NCBI GenBank assembly: GCA_963733255.1
Contig: CAVTCH010000007.1
Span: 2,347-66,346, forward strand
Direction of reading: 5' to 3'
Length of the DNA: 64,000 nucleotides
From: an uncultured Actinomycetes bacterium
GTDB lineage: Bacteria; Actinomycetota; Thermoleophilia; UBA2241
Positions 58,831-64,000 of the stretch are shown here, one piece after another. A program made the position numbers and the translations under genes. The notes under the pieces were generated by a model that was not told where the DNA came from, searched no databases, and worked only from the letters and a program-made list of their open reading frames with translations. Numbering within the stretch: position 1 is the stretch's first letter; every line of letters begins with the position of its first letter.

Positions 58831-59853
58831 CTACGTCGCCTGCTGCCAGACGAAGGCGTGGCCGATGTCATAGACGGGTGTGGCCTTGTTGCTGTGGTCG
58901 ATCCGGCCGGTGACGACCATCGACTCGCCGGTCCGCACGCCGGTGAGCGCCACGCTGGTGACGACGCCGTTGCTCAGGGTGCGTATCACGCTCGACGGCG
59001 TCTCGAAGAGCATGAGCTGGCCGCCGATCGCGGCGCGCACGGCTCGTGTGCCGCGATCGACCGTGACCGTGACGATGCCTGCCTTCTGATCGATGGAGAA
59101 GACCTGGCCGACGCAGGCGAACCAGTTCAGCTCGCTGATCGGCGCGACGTGGCGCACCAGGACGAGCGAGGCCGTGAAGACCGGCGCGCCGGGGTCGCTG
59201 CGATCGGCGCGTCCCACGATCGTCACGAGGTCACCGGCGGTGAGGTCGGCGATGGTGGCCGAGCTCCATCGGCGGTTCGCGGTCACGAAGATCCTGGCGC
59301 TGGCGGCCAGGTCGAAGGTCACGTTCTTGCCGAGCGAGCCGGACAGTCCCTGCGAGCCGTGGCCCACGGTCACGACGAGCGCATCCGCCTGCAGGTCGAC
59401 CGCCGAGACGGAGCCCTGGCAGAGGAACCGGTAGCGGGGCGCCGGCTGCCACACCACGGCCGTGCCGACGGTGTAGACGAGCGTGGCCGGATCGCCGGCG
59501 TCGATGGTGCCGCAGGCGGCGATCAGTTCGTCCCTGGACACGCCGGCGAGAGCGACCGCGGTCTTGACGCTCCCCGCGTAGGTCGAAAGGACGCTGCCGG
59601 AGGTGACGGTCAGCTTGAGGCTCTGGCCGATCGACCCCTGCAGGGCGACGGTAGCGTGTCGGACGGTGACCGTGATCGTGCCGGCCGTCGTGTCGACGGC
59701 CTTGACCGTGCCGACGCACGAGAAGCTCTGAGCGGCCGCGTCGCAGCTCTGAACGTGAGTCGCCGGCGCCGGGCTCGCCGTGGCTTGCGACGCCAGGCCA
59801 AGGGCCAGCACGCACACCACGAGTGGCAGGAGCGATCGCCTCACAAGCTTCAT
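58831..59853 (-). CDS. Secreted protein built from three ~100-aa internal repeats (DUF5666-like beta domain)
   Basis: Signal peptide MKLVRRSLLPLVVCVLALGLASQATA. Three repeats begin C[VQ]G[TSQ]V...(AVD/SID)...VTV. The RBS GGAGG precedes the ATG at 59853. Confidence 0.55.
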   Translation of the reverse strand: MKLVRRSLLPLVVCVLALGLASQATASPAPATHVQSCDAAAQSFSCVGTVKAVDTTAGTITVTVRHATVALQGSIGQSLKLTVTSGSVLSTYAGSVKTAVALAGVSRDELIAACGTIDAGDPATLVYTVGTAVVWQPAPRYRFLCQGSVSAVDLQADALVVTVGHGSQGLSGSLGKNVTFDLAASARIFVTANRRWSSATIADLTAGDLVTIVGRADRSDPGAPVFTASLVLVRHVAPISELNWFACVGQVFSIDQKAGIVTVTVDRGTRAVRAAIGGQLMLFETPSSVIRTLSNGVVTSVALTGVRTGESMVVTGRIDHSNKATPVYDIGHAFVWQQAT

Positions 59854-60000
59854 CTGGTACCTCCGTCGCGCGGCCGCAAGGGCAGCGCCAGCCCTGACGT
59901 GTCTGCGTGAACTATCGGCCCGCCGCGGTCGCGCGATAACGAAGGGCGACGAACAGGCGTCGTCAGGCCAGACGGCAGCCTCGGTAAGACCGGCCTCTGG

Positions 60001-60381
60001 TCAGGCCGGCATCACGTAGGCGCAGCCGTTCCAGAACGCCCGGACGGCGCGGCCCCGCCTGCTCAGCTCGAGGACGAGCTCCCGTGGCTGGCCGTGGGCG
60101 CCGGAGTCGAAGTGAAGCTCGAAACCGGTCTCGTCGAGCGGAGGTCGCGTCGAGCGCCAGCCCGGTGGTCGCGTGACGTCGGCCCTGAGCAGGGTGAGCT
60201 GCCCCGTACAGCAGCGATGGTCGATCGTCCACACGTAGAGCCGGCCGCCGTTGCGCGCGACGAAGTCGCGCACGCCGGCGCCGGCCACGATGATCGGCGC
60301 CGGGTGGGTCTCGACTAAGGACTCGCGTCTGCGATCGTCGATCTCACGGTGGTCGTCTGTCTCGCCCTGGTGTTCGCTCAT
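60001..60381 (-). CDS. Hypothetical protein (about 126 aa)
   Basis: MSEHQGETDDHREIDDRRRESLVETHPAPIIVAGAGVRDFVARNGGRLYVWTIDHRCCTGQLTL... I found no family match. The ORF track extends to 60543. Confidence 0.35.
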   Translation of the reverse strand: MSEHQGETDDHREIDDRRRESLVETHPAPIIVAGAGVRDFVARNGGRLYVWTIDHRCCTGQLTLLRADVTRPPGWRSTRPPLDETGFELHFDSGAHGQPRELVLELSRRGRAVRAFWNGCAYVMPA

Positions 60382-60583
60382 CTCGCTCCAGTGATCGTCG
60401 CGCTCCAGTGATCGTCCATCCCACCTGCGCGCCTTTCTGACGCAAGTGTTCCCGGCGCGGCGGGTTGTTACGGCGGTGTTACGGTGGCGGCGACAACGAA
60501 GTGACTCATACGGCGAGCGGGTACACAACCGACGGTCCAGCATTCTCTGGCAACTCGCAAGCGGACGGTCGAGGATCCCCGCA

Positions 60584-62077
60584 GTGCCCAGTTACACGCG
60601 CTACACGGCAGGGCCGGCGCGCCGCGCCCGGCAGACCCTGTGGCTGCGCGTGCTCAAGCTGGTGGTGCTGGGGCTGGTCTGCTTTGCGGCACTCACGGCC
60701 GGTGCGCTCACGGGCTTCCTGCAGCACACCGCGGCCCAGGTCGCCCGCAACGATCCGCGAGAGGTGCAGGCCGCCAGGTCGCAGCTCGTGACGGCCAAGC
60801 CCGGCAAACCGATCGATATCCTCATCCTCGGCAGCGACCGCCGCGCCGGCCAGCCCTATCTGGGGGCGCGGTCCGACACGCTCATCGTGGTGCGTCTCAA
60901 CCCCCGTACGGGCAGCATCTCGATGCTCTCGGTGCCCCGCGACCTGCTGGTCGACATCCCCGGCTACGGACAGAACAAGATCAACGCCGCGTACTCGTTC
61001 GGCGGCGCCAGGCTCTCGCTGGAGGTCGTCAAACACCTTCTCGGCGTGCCCATCAACGACTTCATCGACATCAACTTCGACGGCTTCGAACAGGTCGTCA
61101 ATCAGCTCGGCGGGGCCTACCTCATGATCGACCATCGCTACTACAACAACACGGCCGTGACCGGCTTCGCGTCGATCGACATCCAGCCCGGCTACCAGCG
61201 CCTGAGGGGTGCGGACGCGCTCGACTTCGTGCGCTACCGCCACGATCAGAACGGCGATTTCACGCGCATCGTGCGCCAGCAGATGTTCCTGCGCGAGATG
61301 AAGCGAGAGCTGGCCGGTTCGGCGAAGCTGCAGAGCCTGCCGCAGTTCCTCGCCGTGATGAACATCATCTCGCACAACGTGACCTCCGACATCTCGAGCC
61401 TGGGGAAGCTGTACCAGCTCCTCACTCTGGTGCTACAGCTGAACACGCACGAGATTTACCAGACCCACATCGACGGCTCGACGCCGACCATCGGCGGCAT
61501 CTCGTATGTCACAGCGACGCCGCAGGAGGTGGAGGCGGCCGTCCACCAGTTCCTGCATCCGGTCGCGGCGAGACGGCCGGCGCCGACCGTCCGCAGCGTG
61601 CCGTCCGGTGCCGGGGCCGCGGGCGGCTCGGCCGGACGCGCCCGGCCGGCCAAGGTGGTCATCACCGACACCCCCGCTCACGTGGCGCTCTGGCGGTCGC
61701 TGCAGAAGGCGAGCCGGCTGCCGCTCTTCATGCCGGCTCGCCTGCCGGGTAGCCTCGGCTACGATCAGTTTCGCGCCTACCGGGTACCGACGGGGTCGGG
61801 CGAAGCCAGGGCCGCCGTGGTCGTCGGCACGACCCCTCTGGGCGGCTTCTGGGACGTCCAGGCGATCGCCTGGACGAACGCCCCGATCCTGGCGAGTCCC
61901 GACGCGACAGTGAGCCGTGGCGGGCGCAGCTACTCCCTGTACTACGATGGCGCCCACCTGCACATGGTCGCCTGGCGCGTCGGACGCGTCGCCTACTGGG
62001 TCGTGAACACCCTGGACGACGAGCTCTCCGATCGCACCATGCTGGCACTCGCGACCTCCAGCGTGCGGGTGCCCTAG
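60584..62077 (+). CDS. LytR-CpsA-Psr (LCP) family cell-wall glycopolymer transferase with C-terminal LytR_C domain
   Basis: An N-terminal TM is followed by ILILGSDRRAGQPYLGARSDTLIVVRLNPRTGSISMLSVPRDLLVDIPGYGQNKINAAYSFGG, which is the LCP core. Confidence 0.85.
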   Translation: MPSYTRYTAGPARRARQTLWLRVLKLVVLGLVCFAALTAGALTGFLQHTAAQVARNDPREVQAARSQLVTAKPGKPIDILILGSDRRAGQPYLGARSDTLIVVRLNPRTGSISMLSVPRDLLVDIPGYGQNKINAAYSFGGARLSLEVVKHLLGVPINDFIDINFDGFEQVVNQLGGAYLMIDHRYYNNTAVTGFASIDIQPGYQRLRGADALDFVRYRHDQNGDFTRIVRQQMFLREMKRELAGSAKLQSLPQFLAVMNIISHNVTSDISSLGKLYQLLTLVLQLNTHEIYQTHIDGSTPTIGGISYVTATPQEVEAAVHQFLHPVAARRPAPTVRSVPSGAGAAGGSAGRARPAKVVITDTPAHVALWRSLQKASRLPLFMPARLPGSLGYDQFRAYRVPTGSGEARAAVVVGTTPLGGFWDVQAIAWTNAPILASPDATVSRGGRSYSLYYDGAHLHMVAWRVGRVAYWVVNTLDDELSDRTMLALATSSVRVP

Positions 62078-62122
62078 CGAGACCCGAGTCGTGGGCGGAC
62101 GCATCACAGAGAGCGGCAGCGC

Positions 62123-62200
62123 GACGGGTGGCGGCGGCGCGACCGGCGGCGGCGGCGCGACGGGGTCGGCGGCGGCGCGACGGGTGGCGGCGGTGCGGCG
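62123..62200 (+). repeat. Imperfect 18-bp tandem repeat x4 (ggcggcggcgcgacgggt-like) in the PBP 5-prime region
   Basis: gcgacgggtggcggcggcgcgaccggcggcggcggcgcgacggggtcggcggcggcgcgacgggtggcggcggtgcggcgggg encodes ATGGGG-type hexapeptides in one frame. Confidence 0.6.
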
Positions 62201-62287
62201 GGGAAGAGCGGCCGGAGCGAAGCCGCCGCCTCGACAAGGGGTGACGGTCCATCTGCGGCGCGGCCGCGTCGGCGTCGTCGTCACCGG

Positions 62288-64000
62288 GTCCGAAAGACGA
62301 TAGCGCTCGTCGCTCTGGCGATCGTCGTCCTGGTGCTGCTCACGGCGGTCGCCACGGCCGGAGCCGTGGTAGCGGTCACGCGAGGCATGCCGTCGCTCAC
62401 GCAGCTCCAGAGCCGCACTCTCGCCCAGACGACCGTGGTCTACGACCGCAACGGCGGCGTGATCGCCCAGCTCCACGGGGCCACCGACCGCCTCGTCGTT
62501 TCGTCGTCGCAGATCCCCCAGGCTCTGAAGGACGCCACGGTCGCGACCGAGGACCGCCGCTTCTACGAGCACCACGGCGTCGACTTCGTCGGGATCGCCC
62601 GCGCCCTCATCGCCGACCTGCTGGCCGGCCACCTCGTGCAGGGCGGCAGCACGATCACCGAGCAGTACGTGAAGAACGCCTACCTCGGCAACGAGACCGG
62701 GTTCGTGCGCAAGATCCGCGAGGCGGTGCTCGCCTGGGAGCTCGAGGACCGCTGGTCCAAGGACCGCATCCTCACCGCCTACCTGAACACGGTGTACTAC
62801 GGCGCCGGCGCCTACGGCGTGCAGGCCGCCGCCCAGACCTACTTTCACCGCAACGTCTGGCAGCTCACGCTGTCGCAGTGCGCCCTGCTCGCGGGGCTGC
62901 CGCGCTCGCCGCTCGGCTACTCGCCGATCTACGACCCCACCGACGCCCTGCAGCGCCGCGATCTGGTGCTGACCCTGATGAGAAGCCAGGGGTATGTCGG
63001 CGCGGAGCAGGCGGCGGCGGCCGACCGGGCCAGGCTCGGCGTGTTCGACGCGCCGCCGCCCAGCCTGAAAGGCACGGCGGCCTACTTCGTGCAGTACGTC
63101 ACCGAGCAGCTCATCCGCCGCTACGGCGTGAACGAGGCTCTGGAAGGCGGCCTCAGGGTCTACACGTCGCTCGACCTGCGCATGCAGCGCGACGCCATCG
63201 CGGCGCTGAAGGGCACGCTGCCCGCGGGGCCGGCCGGGGCGCTGGTCTCGATCGACCCTGCCAACGGCGACATCAGGGCCATGGTCGCCAGCACCGACTA
63301 CCGCACGACGCAGTTCAATCTCGCCTGGCAGGCCCACCGCCAGCTCGGCTCGGCGATGAAGCCCTTCGCCCTGGTGGCGGCGGTCGAGGAGGGCGCCAAC
63401 CCGGCCACCACCTACTACACCTCGCAGCCCCTGCACATCTACCTGGGGCCGGGCTCGGTGCCGCCCTACTGGGACGTGAGCACCTTCTCCAACACCTACG
63501 CCGGACGCATCAACTTGGTGCAGGCCACCTGGCAGTCGGACAACACGGTCTACGCCCAGCTCGCCTTGGACCTGGGGGCGCGCAAGATCGTCAGCGTGGC
63601 CCACAGGATGGGCATCACGAGCCCGCTGGCGGCCTATCCCTCGATCGTGCTGGGCTCGGAGGTCGTCAACCCTCTGGAGGTCGCCGACGCCTACGCGACC
63701 TTCGCCGCTGAAGGCATCCGCCACGCCCCGCAAGCTCTGGCGAAGGTGGTCTTTCCCGACGGTCACGTCGACCGTTTCGTGTCACGCGGCCACAGGGTGA
63801 TCCCGGCCGGCGTGGCCTACGTGGTCGACAAGATCCTCGAGGGCAACACGCGCTTCGGCACGGCGGCGGCGATGCCCAACTACTACACCGGCGTCGCCGC
63901 CGGCAAGACCGGCACGACGACCAACTCGGCCGACGCCTGGTTCTGCGGCTTCGACCCCAAGCTCGCCACCGCCGTCTGGATGGGCTACCCGCAAGCCGAG
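62288..64000 (+). CDS. Class A penicillin-binding protein (transglycosylase plus transpeptidase), 3-prime end beyond the window; N-terminal boundary unresolved
   Basis: A TM helix (IALVALAIVVLVLLTAVATAG), the GT51 motifs (EDRRFYEHHGVD, GGSTITEQYVKN, RKIREAVLAWELE) and the TP motifs (SAMKPF, SxN) are present. In this frame there is no ATG/GTG/TTG between the upstream stop (62078) and the TM region. The only upstream start (GTG 62091) is in another frame. Confidence 0.8.

Overview
This is a 64 kb segment of a very GC-rich (about 70-73% GC) bacterial chromosome. The gene content (LCP protein, class A PBP, SepF, DtxR/IdeR-type iron regulator, PntAB, LutABC, two sigma-70 paralogs) suggests a high-GC Gram-positive, Actinomycetota-like organism, possibly Thermoleophilia/Rubrobacteria-like; this is an inference. 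About 60 protein-coding genes are packed on both strands. I saw no rRNA, tRNA, CRISPR array, transposase, integrase or phage genes. Most of the ORF-track entries are GC-driven antisense or read-through artefacts.

Confidently recognisable genes, in order:
- N-terminus of a sigma-70 factor (cut off at the window start)
- APC amino acid permease
- TetR regulator
- two hexapeptide-repeat (LbH) acyltransferases plus an ADP-ribosylglycohydrolase
- glyA
- MBL-fold hydrolase and alpha/beta hydrolase
- lutABC
- S53 (sedolisin-like) secreted peptidase
- SDR oxidoreductase
- TetR regulator with a divergent ABC-2 (DrrAB-like) exporter
- a ferredoxin/DUF4405 locus divergent from a large DUF2723 membrane protein
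- a complete rpoD-like sigma factor translationally overlapped by an SPFH/stomatin gene
- DUF202, EamA and DUF47 proteins
- a four-gene ABC importer followed by a tightly coupled operon (Fe-ADH/G1P-dehydrogenase-like, HAD-IIA phosphatase, NanE-like TIM barrel, GntR/HutC regulator) and glpD
- MFS transporter, flavodoxin-like protein, aminotransferase
- dtxR-family regulator plus feoB
- pntAA-pntAB-pntB
- MerR-GAF regulator divergent from an MttB-superfamily methyltransferase
- ftsH, DUF998, yajC, a second MFS paralog, sepF, inositol monophosphatase
- a secreted triple-repeat protein, an LCP protein and the start of a class A PBP

No classical defence or mobile system is visible. The observations most worth a second look are:
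1. A DUF4405 membrane domain, a Gly/Thr/Ser linker and a 2x[4Fe-4S] ferredoxin domain split over two reading frames around an in-frame 18-bp tandem repeat.
2. A recurring family of 18-bp (hexapeptide-encoding) minisatellites at N-termini or linkers of lutC, the ferredoxin gene and the PBP, plus a (GGC)19 microsatellite at the lutB ribosome-binding site and a 58-bp x3 VNTR downstream of the sigma gene.
3. A 1-kb patchwork of gene remnants at 23.6-24.6 kb: a PQQ beta-propeller C-terminal fragment without a start codon, and a glycosyltransferase-like C-terminal fragment.
4. Three apparent single-nucleotide frameshifts (ABC permease, ftsH C-terminus, possibly the PBP N-terminus).
5. An 18-codon uORF whose TGA overlaps the ftsH GTG start, and a cluster of rare TTA codons in ftsH.
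6. Predicted operators: an IdeR-type iron box before dtxR-feoB, direct repeats plus a TTGACA promoter between tetR and the ABC exporter, and a palindrome inside a TTGAAA-N17-TATCGT promoter before the G1PDH-like operon.
7. An orphan MttB-family methyltransferase with a MerR-GAF regulator and no adjacent corrinoid partners.
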